64,000 bases of DNA, taken from assembly GCA_965652795.1 (NCBI GenBank), contig CBFGXJ010000005.1, positions 25 through 64,024 on the forward strand. Reading direction: 5' to 3'. Position numbers and translations under genes: made by a program. Below are positions 45,624-54,727 of the stretch, in pieces (within the stretch, counting starts at the first letter, position 1; each line of letters begins with the position of its first letter). The DNA is from an uncultured bacterium. Its GTDB lineage: Bacteria; Patescibacteriota; Saccharimonadia; Saccharimonadales; UBA4665. Below the pieces are notes generated by a model. It was not told the origin of the DNA and did no database searches. It worked only from the letters and a program-made list of their open reading frames with translations.

Positions 45624-46481
45624 TTAAGCCGCCTCGTGCGGCGGGATGACAGGTGTCGTAGGATTAGTTCTAGGATTGCAGGCACCACCACCGTCAAGCT
45701 GGACCATCTCATCAAGCGCAGCAAAAACTACATTTCGCCACTCTTCAAGGTCGCTACGCGTGGCAATAGCTGGGTTGTTAAGCGTATGGATGTCGGTATA
45801 GGAAATCTCGGCTCCCTGGACGATTATCTCTTTGCCGCTAGCATCAACGGACCTATGGAAGCGCATCGTCTTGCCCTGGCCATCAGCGCTGAACGGATCA
45901 ATATATGAAATTACAGCCAGGTTGCCCGCACGGCTAGCGGCATGTTTGACGTCATCGTAGTCATGGCTATCTTTAAACGTCTCGCCGGCGAATGGGTGTA
46001 TATGCACGCCTATGCCGACCGCGCCGGCAGCAGTTCGGCTCGACAGGTAAAACCACATGGAGTCATCATATTTTCCAGGCCTGCTCGCTCCTGTCATGAC
46101 TTCAGCGGTAACATTGACGGGTGCTTCCTCGTATTCTTCCGTAAAGAATGTGTTGCTGCCGTACCATTCTTCTATCGTAAAGCCTTCTACGTCATGGACT
46201 TCAAAGTCCGGTATGTGGTCCGGCGTATCGCCCAGCAAGCAGATCGCCGTTTCAGCGATAGCCTGGTTCGTACTGGCATAGATGGCGCTGGCAAGCGGAT
46301 CAGCAAAGCCCTTAGGCGGATGCACGTTCGGTGACGGCCCGGCCGTCGCTACGGCGCCAGGGGAATGGCGGTTCCCGGACGGCTGTGATGGGTCGCCCTC
46401 AGTGCAAGCGGCGGCGCCAGCCACCAGGGCAAGACTGAGCGCGGCGGCCGGAACTTTCTCGATCAGGTTACGCATTGTCAT
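45624..46481 (-). CDS. lipoprotein (285 aa)
   Basis: Lipobox-like LVAGAAAC. No recognisable domain. Confidence 0.65.
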   Translation of the reverse strand: MTMRNLIEKVPAAALSLALVAGAAACTEGDPSQPSGNRHSPGAVATAGPSPNVHPPKGFADPLASAIYASTNQAIAETAICLLGDTPDHIPDFEVHDVEGFTIEEWYGSNTFFTEEYEEAPVNVTAEVMTGASRPGKYDDSMWFYLSSRTAAGAVGIGVHIHPFAGETFKDSHDYDDVKHAASRAGNLAVISYIDPFSADGQGKTMRFHRSVDASGKEIIVQGAEISYTDIHTLNNPAIATRSDLEEWRNVVFAALDEMVQLDGGGACNPRTNPTTPVIPPHEAA

Positions 46482-46622
46482 AGCTCCGTTAAAGGCATTA
46501 TTCTACCGTATTTTTGAAGAAACGTCTATTCAGGCAATACGAAGCAGCAACTCCTGGCGCCAACGACCTGCTGCCCGCGGCATAATATAGCTTACGCTTA
46601 CAAACCATGCTACAGTTAAGGC

Positions 46623-47354
46623 ATGCGCGACCTGCTAATCAACATTCGTCTTAGCTGGTTTTTCTTTATTTTCTTCTTTACGTTTTTAGGGCTGGCGCTG
46701 TGGGTCGAGGGTGTGCAGTTGCCGGCGGCGGCGCTGACTCTGTTTTCGGTCAACTCGCTGCTGTTCGGTTTCTTCATTTTGCCGACGCTGGCCTCGCAGC
46801 GCAACCGTATCGACGAGCTGGCTAAGGCCATCCGCGCCGAAGCCAACGGCCTCTTCGATATTCTGATCAAAACCAAAAAACTGCGCCGGCGCAGCCGTAA
46901 CCTGGTGCAGGGCCAAATCGAAGATTACATTACGGCAGCCTTCCGCGAACGCCGCCCGGGCGCCGGCGAGGAACAATACGAGCAGCTGATCGAGCACTGC
47001 CTGGCCTTCGAAAGCGACGACAAGCAACAAATGGAGCGCATGGACAAAATCCTGACCGCGCTCATCAACAACCAGCAAAACCGTTCGCAGGTCGCCTTGT
47101 TGCTGGGCAACCGCGTTTACAACAATGAGTGGTGGATCATGCTGGTGCTCTTCAGCATCACGCTCGGGTACATCCTGATGATTCTGGTGCCTGACGTGCC
47201 GGTAATGTACCTCATTAAGGCGCTGCTGTGTACCGGCATCTCGATGCTTTTAGTGAGCTTGCTCAAACTAAGCACACTGACGCACAAGAAAGCGCGCGAT
47301 ATTTGGAAGCCGCTTGATAACCTGAAGATGAGCCGATTTCGGCGACTGGACTAA
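46623..47354 (+). CDS. hypothetical membrane protein (243 aa)
   Basis: Two N-terminal and two C-terminal hydrophobic helices around a helical soluble segment. TGCTACAGT plus 6 nt upstream of the ATG. Confidence 0.6.
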   Translation: MRDLLINIRLSWFFFIFFFTFLGLALWVEGVQLPAAALTLFSVNSLLFGFFILPTLASQRNRIDELAKAIRAEANGLFDILIKTKKLRRRSRNLVQGQIEDYITAAFRERRPGAGEEQYEQLIEHCLAFESDDKQQMERMDKILTALINNQQNRSQVALLLGNRVYNNEWWIMLVLFSITLGYILMILVPDVPVMYLIKALLCTGISMLLVSLLKLSTLTHKKARDIWKPLDNLKMSRFRRLD

Positions 47355-47393
47355 TCCCGCCCTCGGGCTAAGCGGCCACAACACACGGCCCTG

Positions 47394-47948
47394 CTACTTG
47401 CCCGAAGGCATCTCGCTGGGAGGCATAACGGGGCGAACATCACCCTTCCCGCAAATTTCGACCGGGTTGCCGGTCTGTATGCCTATCTGGCCAGGCGGCA
47501 CTTCTGCTATACGCGGATCATCCAAGCCCATACCCTCAAGCTCCAGCCGGATAACGCCTTCTGGAACAACAGGGGCAGAAAGGTCGCTAAAGCCAGCTGG
47601 CCCCATTCCTAGTTGCAGTCTGATAGCATCGGCTGACTTTTGGAGGCCTTGCTTGTCAGCTTCGCTCGCCGGACCAGCCTTGAAATCACCGTCATCCATC
47701 ATGTAGCGCAGCAATCGCGGCGGCAAGGCTGAGCGCGGCGGACGTATCGGATCAACGTTCTCAGGCGCGATACCACGCTTTAGATTGGCACTTTCGGTTG
47801 TGCTTAGTACCATTGAGCCGACAATCTTATAGCCCGGCACGCACTGTTCGGCCTTATCTTTAGAACTGCAAGCGGCGATGTTGCCGACTGCCAGCGCTAC
47901 TGTCAGCCCGAAAGCCAGCCTTTTCCTGTGTAATCGTTCTGTAATCAT
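47394..47948 (-). CDS. lipoprotein, Cys-pair family (184 aa)
   Basis: Lipobox NIAAC, early Cys (EQCVPG) and late Cys (VEICGKG). Same size and Cys pattern as 2849..4539. Confidence 0.68.
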   Translation of the reverse strand: MITERLHRKRLAFGLTVALAVGNIAACSSKDKAEQCVPGYKIVGSMVLSTTESANLKRGIAPENVDPIRPPRSALPPRLLRYMMDDGDFKAGPASEADKQGLQKSADAIRLQLGMGPAGFSDLSAPVVPEGVIRLELEGMGLDDPRIAEVPPGQIGIQTGNPVEICGKGDVRPVMPPSEMPSGK

Positions 47949-48008
47949 AGTTTTTTATGGTACGTGCTTGAGCGGTTTAATGCAATGCCGGGCCGCCGGC
48001 GCCTCCCC

Positions 48009-49508
48009 TTATTTGTTGGTGGAGAGCCACTGGCAGACGACTTTGGCTTTGGCAGGGCCGATGAGGGCAGCGACTTCCTCCAGCGAGGCTTCGCGTACAG
48101 CCCGAAGCGATCCAAGGCCGCGGATGAGCTTCTTGCGCGTGGCCGGACCGATGCCGGGGATGTCGTCGAGCAGGCTGACAGTCTGGCCCCTTTGCTTGAG
48201 CACTGAATGGTATGTAACGGCGAAGCGGTGCGACTCGTCGCGGATGCGCTGCAGCAGCTTGACGAGATTGGTACTGTGCGGCAAGTTGACTAATATGAAC
48301 TCTTCTGTCAGCGTCTTCCAGCCGCCCAGCCGCTGCAACACGCCGTCGTCCAGTGCGACGTTTGACTTCTCGCGGTGGATGACGATCTGCTCCTCGCGCT
48401 TGGCCAGGCCGATGCACGGCAGCGTCGGCAGGCCCTGCTCGTCGCGGGCCCGCAAGGCAGCGTCCAGCTGACCCTTGCCGCCGTCGATCAAGAGCAGGCT
48501 GGGCTTGCCCCATGCTTTGAGGTTCTTTTCGCTTAGGCGGCGCGTGATTGTCTCGTGCATGTTGAAGAAATCGTTATTGTGCTCTTTGCGGGTTTTGAAC
48601 TTGCGGTACTCGCCTTTGTCGGACACACCGTGCGTAAAGACGACCATGCTGGCGACAACGTTAGTGCCCTGCATGTGGCTGATGTCGTAGCCCTCGATGC
48701 GGCGCGGGAAATCGGCCAGGTGCAGAAGTTCAACCATTTCCGCCAAGGCGTGGTCTTTCGAGATATCGAGGAATTCTTTGTCGCTGAAGATAACCTGCTT
48801 CGAGATATTTTGCAGCAGAAGCAGCTTGTTGCGCAGGCGGGCGGCGTCCTCAAAGCGCTGCTCGCGGGCGGCGCGCTTCATGTCTTTTTCCAGTTCTTTC
48901 TCGACGGCGGTACGCTTGCCTTCGATGACGCTTATGAGTTTGCGCAAAGAGGCCCGGTAGTCTTGCAGCGACGTCCGACCTTCCTCAAGCCCCGGGTCGA
49001 GGCCGAGGTGATACTGCAAGGTGGCCCGTTTTTGGCCGGGTATCCGGCGGGTCGCAAACGGAAACACCCGGCGCAATACTTTGAGCGCCTGCCGGATGGC
49101 CGTTGTCGAGCTGTACGGGCCAAAATACCGCGCGCCGTCATCCAACGGCCGCCGCGTAACGCTAACTGTCGGGTAGTCGCTGTCGTAATCGATGCGGATG
49201 TAGCTCATGGCTTTGTCGTCGCGCAGCAAGATGTTGTAGCGCGGCATGTAGCGGCGCACCATTTCGGCTTCGAGGAAGAGCGCCTCGATCTCGCTGTCGA
49301 CCACCATCCAATCGGTGTCGGCGATCTCAGCCACCAGCACGTCGGTCTTCGGGTCGCGCAAGCGCGACTTCTGGAAGTACTGGCGCACGCGGTTGTTCAG
49401 CCGGGCGGCCTTACCGACATAAATAATCTCGCCGGCACGGTCTTTATGGAAGTACACGCCTGGGCGACTGGGCAGCTCTTTCAATTTCTCTTTCAGTTGG
49501 TCGGTCAT
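48009..49508 (-). CDS. uvrC: excinuclease ABC subunit C
   Basis: GIY-YIG (PGVYFHKD...IIYVGKA), UVR domain (RFEDAARLRNKLLLLQ), endonuclease domain and C-terminal HhH2 (IPGIGPATRKKL). Start moved to the ATG at 49506..49508 (MTDQLKEKLKELPSRPGVYF, a typical UvrC N-terminus), which is preceded by TATAAT plus 9 nt. Confidence 0.95.
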   Translation of the reverse strand: MTDQLKEKLKELPSRPGVYFHKDRAGEIIYVGKAARLNNRVRQYFQKSRLRDPKTDVLVAEIADTDWMVVDSEIEALFLEAEMVRRYMPRYNILLRDDKAMSYIRIDYDSDYPTVSVTRRPLDDGARYFGPYSSTTAIRQALKVLRRVFPFATRRIPGQKRATLQYHLGLDPGLEEGRTSLQDYRASLRKLISVIEGKRTAVEKELEKDMKRAAREQRFEDAARLRNKLLLLQNISKQVIFSDKEFLDISKDHALAEMVELLHLADFPRRIEGYDISHMQGTNVVASMVVFTHGVSDKGEYRKFKTRKEHNNDFFNMHETITRRLSEKNLKAWGKPSLLLIDGGKGQLDAALRARDEQGLPTLPCIGLAKREEQIVIHREKSNVALDDGVLQRLGGWKTLTEEFILVNLPHSTNLVKLLQRIRDESHRFAVTYHSVLKQRGQTVSLLDDIPGIGPATRKKLIRGLGSLRAVREASLEEVAALIGPAKAKVVCQWLSTNK

Positions 49509-49545
49509 GTCACTCATATTATACGTCACTGTTTACGCATTATTT

Positions 49546-49573
49546 TTGCAAATACACAAAAAGTTTATATAGT
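49546..49573 (+). promoter_or_regulatory. promoter of Q1 (TTGCAA-16-TATAGT), leaderless geometry
   Basis: -35 at 49546..49551 and -10 at 49568..49573. The ATG at 49580 is 6 nt downstream. Confidence 0.6.
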
Positions 49574-49579
49574 TGACAT

Positions 49580-50152
49580 ATGTCTTACCCGTTCCACACT
49601 GAGCCCGCGGTAACGCCCACCTTTTTCCCGTTTACACGGGAAACGAAGGAACGTTTAGTCCGCAGCACAATAGACAGTGACCCAGCATTTGCGATTAGAC
49701 AGCACCATATGCTGCTTAATCGTGACAACGGCATAATGGCGCGGATCATCTTCGATACCGAACTTCTCATGCTGCATGAAGGCGCCGTCAGTACGCAGAC
49801 CCATACCCGAGGGGCTCTTTTTACGTATGCCATCCTGAATGCGGAAGGCCCGCTGCAGCCATTGCCGGTTATGAGCCCAGATGCTGCCCGCACGTTGCAG
49901 GATCGCCATATATTCATGGGAGCTCCCATGCCAGAGGATGACGGTCCGGCCGATCCCAATGTTTTGAACATTTTGGAGGATGTGTATAAACCTTACCTGG
50001 AGGCCGAGCCTGACATGAGCGAACTGCTTGAACGCCGCTCGTACCGAACCGGCAACCCCCGCTTTTACCTTCTGGGCGGCGCAGCGACGGTGGCATGCCT
50101 GCGTGTAGCTGCTCTTGATGAAGGCCGCGAGCCGCCCAGCCAGCCCGTCTAA
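49580..50152 (+). CDS. hypothetical protein Q1 (190 aa), paralog of Q2
   Basis: The C-terminal half aligns with ORF 50193..50741 (YLEAEPDMSELLERRSYRTGNPRFYLLGGAATVACLRVAAL vs FLAAEPGIQERMAEIAAYRTDRNAFMVGAAVVVAAARLSLL). Confidence 0.65.
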   Translation: MSYPFHTEPAVTPTFFPFTRETKERLVRSTIDSDPAFAIRQHHMLLNRDNGIMARIIFDTELLMLHEGAVSTQTHTRGALFTYAILNAEGPLQPLPVMSPDAARTLQDRHIFMGAPMPEDDGPADPNVLNILEDVYKPYLEAEPDMSELLERRSYRTGNPRFYLLGGAATVACLRVAALDEGREPPSQPV

Positions 50153-50192
50153 GGGTTAGGTATTCATCTAGACTAAGCAGTACAATAAGCGC

Positions 50193-50741
50193 ATGAACAC
50201 CCTACCGGACCCCGAGCACAGCACGTACCGGCTAGGGGCCTTATTTCCGCTCGACTCCTACCAGACAGGGTTGACGCTTGAACGCGTACGCGCGGATGCC
50301 GCAAAGACCCTGTATAACGAAATCGATTATATTGGCGCCCACAACGTTCCGCTTAGTAACGTGTTAAGGCACCAGTCGTCGCGCATGCCGGCGCATGCTC
50401 ACACCGGCCACTATAACGGTGCGGCTCTCAGCCATATACTCATTCGGCAGGCTGCTATGCGCCCGATGGTACGTCTACATGGCAAAGCCCTTGAACTGCT
50501 GATCGGCCTTTCCGGCCCTGCGATTAGCCCCGGCCGCGTCCACAACAAGAACAGCCAGGGTCTGGCCTCGAATATACGCCACATGCATGAAGCGCTCATA
50601 CCCTTTTTAGCGGCAGAGCCGGGCATACAGGAGCGTATGGCAGAAATAGCAGCCTACAGAACCGATAGAAACGCTTTTATGGTGGGCGCGGCCGTCGTTG
50701 TGGCCGCGGCCCGCTTGAGCCTTTTGGCGCGTGACGACTAA
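50193..50741 (+). CDS. hypothetical protein Q2 (182 aa), paralog of Q1
   Basis: See Q1. TACAAT (50181..50186) plus 6 nt upstream of the ATG. Confidence 0.65.
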   Translation: MNTLPDPEHSTYRLGALFPLDSYQTGLTLERVRADAAKTLYNEIDYIGAHNVPLSNVLRHQSSRMPAHAHTGHYNGAALSHILIRQAAMRPMVRLHGKALELLIGLSGPAISPGRVHNKNSQGLASNIRHMHEALIPFLAAEPGIQERMAEIAAYRTDRNAFMVGAAVVVAAARLSLLARDD

Positions 50742-50765
50742 CGCTACAGTAACCGCGAAAACATT

Positions 50766-50795
50766 TTGACAGGCTATCTAAAATCGCCCTATACT
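50766..50795 (+). promoter_or_regulatory. near-consensus promoter of guaB (TTGACA-18-TATACT), leaderless geometry
   Basis: -35 at 50766..50771 and -10 at 50790..50795. The ATG at 50801 is 5 nt downstream. Confidence 0.65.
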
Positions 50796-50800
50796 GGTAT

Positions 50801-51934
50801 ATGGAACATCAATTTTCACTTGCCCTTACATTCAACGACGTACTCCTTAGGCCCGGCTTTGCCGGGTTTTCTCGTAGCGACATTTCGCTCGAAACTCGTA
50901 TTACTAAAAATATCGGGCTGAAGAGCCCGCTGGTGGCTGCGCCGATGGACACGGTCTGCGAGAGCGGCCTGGCGATCGCACTGGCGCGCCTGGGCGGAAT
51001 CGGCTTTATCCACCGCAATCTTACCATCGAGGCGCAAGCCGCCGAAGTAGCCGCAGTAAAAAAAGAGGGTCTGCTGGTCGGTGCCGCCGTCGGCTCCAGC
51101 CCGGGCTACGAAGACCGCGTTAAGGCACTTGTCGCAGCCGGTGCCGATGTTATTTTAGTTGACAGCGCCCACGGTTTCGCCACGAAGGTTATTGAAGCCA
51201 CTCGCTACATCAAAAAGAATTATTCCGTCGACGTCGTCGCCGGCAGCGTTGCCACCACCGAAGGCGCCGAAGCCATGATCGAAGCCGGCGCTGATGGCAT
51301 CCGGGTCGGCATGGGGCCAGGCGCGATCTGTACCACGCGGATCGTCTCGGGCATGGGCGTGCCGCAGCTGACAGCGCTGCTTGAGGTTGCTTCCGTGGCC
51401 AAACGGCACGACGTACCCGTCATTGCTGATGGCGGCATCAGCTACTCCGGCGACATCGTAAAGGCCTTGGCCGCCGGCGCCTCAACCGTTATGATGGGGC
51501 GCATCTTTGCCGCCACCGAGGAATCACCCGGTAAGGTCGTCCGCTTGAGTGCCGAGCAAGTGCCAAGCCGTTTCCAAAGCATCATCAACGGCGCCAAAGA
51601 GTATGTCTTCAAAGAATACCGCGGTATGGGCTCGGTGGCAGCCATGAAAAAAGGCATCGAGATCAGCTCGGAAGATGAATTCCACGGCAAGAATTACCAA
51701 GGAGATGTGCTGGTGGCCGAGGGCGTCGAGGGCCTGGTGCCCTGCACCGGCACCGTCAAGGCGTTGTCCGACCAATTGCTTGGCGGTATTCACTCCGGCA
51801 TGTATTATGTCGGTGCGGCCACGGTTCCCGAGCTATGGAAAACCGCCCGCTTCATGCAGATCACCCAAGCCAGCCTGACCGAAAGTCATCCGCATGACCT
51901 CTTTATCACCAACCCAGGAGACAACTACCAATAA
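50801..51934 (+). CDS. guaB: IMP dehydrogenase lacking the CBS (Bateman) subdomain
   Basis: TIM-barrel IMPDH/GMPR family. Catalytic Cys loop [11 protein letters not shown] and flap/finger regions. 377 aa, with [19 protein letters not shown] joined directly to [10 protein letters not shown] where the CBS pair would sit. Overlaps the guaA start by 1 nt. Confidence 0.88.
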   Translation: MEHQFSLALTFNDVLLRPGFAGFSRSDISLETRITKNIGLKSPLVAAPMDTVCESGLAIALARLGGIGFIHRNLTIEAQAAEVAAVKKEGLLVGAAVGSSPGYEDRVKALVAAGADVILVDSAHGFATKVIEATRYIKKNYSVDVVAGSVATTEGAEAMIEAGADGIRVGMGPGAICTTRIVSGMGVPQLTALLEVASVAKRHDVPVIADGGISYSGDIVKALAAGASTVMMGRIFAATEESPGKVVRLSAEQVPSRFQSIINGAKEYVFKEYRGMGSVAAMKKGIEISSEDEFHGKNYQGDVLVAEGVEGLVPCTGTVKALSDQLLGGIHSGMYYVGAATVPELWKTARFMQITQASLTESHPHDLFITNPGDNYQ

Positions 51935-53460
51935 TGGAAACGCTCGTCATTCTCGACTACGGCTCGCAGTACACCCAGCTGATCGCCCGCCGGGCGCGTG
52001 AGCTTGGCGTGTACAGTGTTATTCTGCCTTTTTCGGCCACACCCGCAGACATCCGTACGCACACACCCAAAGGCATTGTATTATCCGGCGGCCCCAGTTC
52101 CGTCTATGACGAAGGCGCGCCCGGGCTCGACCCGGGAGTGCTCGAGCTGGAAGTGCCCGTGCTGGGCATTTGCTACGGCATGCATTTGCTCACCCAGGCG
52201 CTTGGCGGCCGGGTTGAACCGGGCGGCACCACCCGCGAATACGGCAAGGCCACCCTTACCCTGGAAGAGCCCAGCGTCTTGCTTTGCCATGAAGCCAACA
52301 AATCAACCGTCTGGATGAGCCACGGTGATTACGTCTCGGCCGCACCCGAGGGCTGCCGCGTCACAGCCACGAGCCAAGGCATCATTACCGCCATCGAGGA
52401 CCCAGCCTTGGGGATCTTCGGCTTGCAGTTTCACCCCGAAGTCGTCCACAGCCAATGTGGCCGCGAGACCCTGGAGCGCTTTATTACCACCTGCGGCTTC
52501 AAGCGCGATTGGCGCCCGGGCGCTATCATCAAACAGCATGTCGATACTATCCGCAAGCAGGTTGGCGCGGCTAATGTCGTCTGTGCGCTGTCGGGCGGCG
52601 TCGACTCGTCGGTAGCTGCCAGCCTGGTACACAAGGCGATCGGCGACCAGCAAACCTGCATTTTCGTGGATACCGGCTTGCTGCGCGACGGTGAGTACGA
52701 TGAAGTTTTGAAGGCCTACGAGCAACTCGGCCTGCACATCCGTCCCGTCCGGGCCGGCGATGAGTTCATGGCAGCACTTAAGGGCGTCAGCGATCCCGAG
52801 CAAAAGCGCAAGGCGATCGGCGCCTTGTTCATCAAGATTTTCGAGCGGGAAGCCCGCAAGCTTAAAAACGTAGGCTTTCTGGTGCAGGGCACGCTGTATC
52901 CGGATGTTATCGAGTCGGTCAGCGTCAACGGCCCGTCGGTAACGATCAAATCACACCACAACGTCGGCGGCCTGCCTGAAAAAATGCATTTGCAGCTGGT
53001 AGAACCCTTGCGCGAACTCTTTAAAGACGAGGTCCGCACCATTGGCCACGAGCTCGGCCTGCCGGACGCGATCGTGCAGCGGCAACCCTTCCCCGGGCCC
53101 GGGCTTGCCATCCGTATCGTCGGCGAGGTCACGCCCGAGCGGGTCGGACTGCTGCAAAAAGCCGACCGCATCGTGCGCGAAGAGATTGAAGCCCATCCCA
53201 TCCGGCCGGAACTCTGGCAGTTTTTTGCCGTCCTGTTGCCGGTAAAATCCGTCGGCGTTATGGGCGACGGCCGCACCTACGAGCAAGCCGTCTGCGTGCG
53301 CGCCGTCACCTCCACTGATGGCATGACAGCCGACTTCGCGCCATTGCCGCACGACTTGCTGGCGCACATTTCGGGGCGCATCATCAGCGAGGTCCACGGC
53401 CTTAACCGCGTCGTCTACGATATTACCTCAAAGCCGCCGGGCACGATCGAATGGGAGTAA
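51934..53460 (+). CDS. guaA: GMP synthase (glutamine-hydrolysing)
   Basis: GATase-1 (GICYGMH, HPEV), PP-loop SGGVDSS and the C-terminal PPGTIEWE. Confidence 0.96.
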   Translation: METLVILDYGSQYTQLIARRARELGVYSVILPFSATPADIRTHTPKGIVLSGGPSSVYDEGAPGLDPGVLELEVPVLGICYGMHLLTQALGGRVEPGGTTREYGKATLTLEEPSVLLCHEANKSTVWMSHGDYVSAAPEGCRVTATSQGIITAIEDPALGIFGLQFHPEVVHSQCGRETLERFITTCGFKRDWRPGAIIKQHVDTIRKQVGAANVVCALSGGVDSSVAASLVHKAIGDQQTCIFVDTGLLRDGEYDEVLKAYEQLGLHIRPVRAGDEFMAALKGVSDPEQKRKAIGALFIKIFEREARKLKNVGFLVQGTLYPDVIESVSVNGPSVTIKSHHNVGGLPEKMHLQLVEPLRELFKDEVRTIGHELGLPDAIVQRQPFPGPGLAIRIVGEVTPERVGLLQKADRIVREEIEAHPIRPELWQFFAVLLPVKSVGVMGDGRTYEQAVCVRAVTSTDGMTADFAPLPHDLLAHISGRIISEVHGLNRVVYDITSKPPGTIEWE

Positions 53461-53545
53461 TTGGCAGTATGTCTCGCACCTCCAGCGTCGTTTTAGGCAA
53501 CGTTTGGCGCGGCCTGACCGGCAGGCAGCAAGCGGCGGTCTCGTA

Positions 53546-53800
53546 ATGGAGTTGTGGCTTCCCTTTAACCCCAACCGCGTCCAGCCCGCCGATATCGGAG
53601 CCGTGGCAAACGCCGAAGTCTTCGAGCTGGCTTTTGGCACGGCCGCTCCACGCAATGACCGCTATTCGCGCGGAAGTAGCAGCCAAGCCTCCAACACCGC
53701 CAGCTACCCAACCTTCAACCGCGTATGGACGGGCGACGATCCGCAACAACCACGCCGCCAGGAGCACGACAGCCCCTTCCAATTACCGGGCGCAGACTAA
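53546..53800 (+). CDS. possible small protein (84 aa), low confidence
   Basis: Third-position GC about 71% by hand count versus about 64% for the competing antisense ORF. No SD or promoter seen. It fills an otherwise empty 340-bp gap. Confidence 0.3.
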   Translation: MELWLPFNPNRVQPADIGAVANAEVFELAFGTAAPRNDRYSRGSSSQASNTASYPTFNRVWTGDDPQQPRRQEHDSPFQLPGAD

Positions 53801-54687
53801 GATACTTCTTGCAAACGCGTTCGGCAAACATCCGAACAAGTGTTGTTGGCGGGCTTGCAATCGTCGCAGATCAATATGCGTGTATTGCATTCTGCCAGGG
53901 CGCAGTTCTCAAAGTTGCTGGTGTTGGCACCGCAGTGGATGCAAACGCCGATGTCTTTCGATTTGTCCGAGAACCGCATTTTGATCCGGTCGTCAAAGAC
54001 ATACAGCGCGCCTTCCCACAGGCCGTCATCGCCGTAAGCTTCGCCGTATTTTACGATGCCGCCGTCTAGCTGGTAGACTTCTTTGAAACCGCGTTTTTTC
54101 ATCAGCGACGACAATATTTCGCAGCGGATGCCGCCGGTGCAGTAGGTTACGACCGGCTTGTCTTTTATGTTGTCGTACTTAGTGCTTTCGAGCTCTTTCA
54201 GAAAATCCTTGGAGGTTTCGGTGTCGGGTACGATAGCGCCTTTGAACTTGCCGATCTCGGCCTCGTAGGCATTGCGGCCGTCGAAGAAGACGACATCGTC
54301 GCCGCGTTCTGCGACTAGCTGATGCAGGGCTTCGGGTTTGAGATGTTTGCCGCCGCCAACGACGCCGTTTTCATCGACCTCAAGCTCGTATGGCACGCCA
54401 AAGCTGACGATTTCGGGCCGCACCTTCACGCTCAAGCGCGGGAAGTCCTCGGCACTGCCGTCAGACCATTTAAAAACCGTGTTTTTGAAGGCCGGGTACG
54501 TCCGGGTGGCGCGCACGTATGCCTTCAGCGCCTCCAGGTCGCCGCCGACCGTGCCGTTGATCCCATGGGGCGACAGCAATATCCGGCCGCGCAACCCCAA
54601 GCTTTCGCAGAGGGTCTTTTGCCAGAGCTTGACCGCCTCGGGGTCGGGTAACGGCGCAAACATATAATACAGCAGGATTTTCTGCAT
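53797..54687 (-). CDS. trhO: rhodanese-domain tRNA uridine(34) hydroxylase TrhO (UPF0176/YceA family)
   Basis: N-terminal [14 protein letters not shown] pattern, rhodanese active-site loop YCTGGIRCE and a C-terminal Cys cluster (CIHC...C..C...C..C). Confidence 0.88.
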   Translation of the reverse strand: MQKILLYYMFAPLPDPEAVKLWQKTLCESLGLRGRILLSPHGINGTVGGDLEALKAYVRATRTYPAFKNTVFKWSDGSAEDFPRLSVKVRPEIVSFGVPYELEVDENGVVGGGKHLKPEALHQLVAERGDDVVFFDGRNAYEAEIGKFKGAIVPDTETSKDFLKELESTKYDNIKDKPVVTYCTGGIRCEILSSLMKKRGFKEVYQLDGGIVKYGEAYGDDGLWEGALYVFDDRIKMRFSDKSKDIGVCIHCGANTSNFENCALAECNTRILICDDCKPANNTCSDVCRTRLQEVS

Positions 54688-54727
54688 AATCTATTATTAT
54701 ACCAGATACAGTGCGCTTGGAGGCAGG

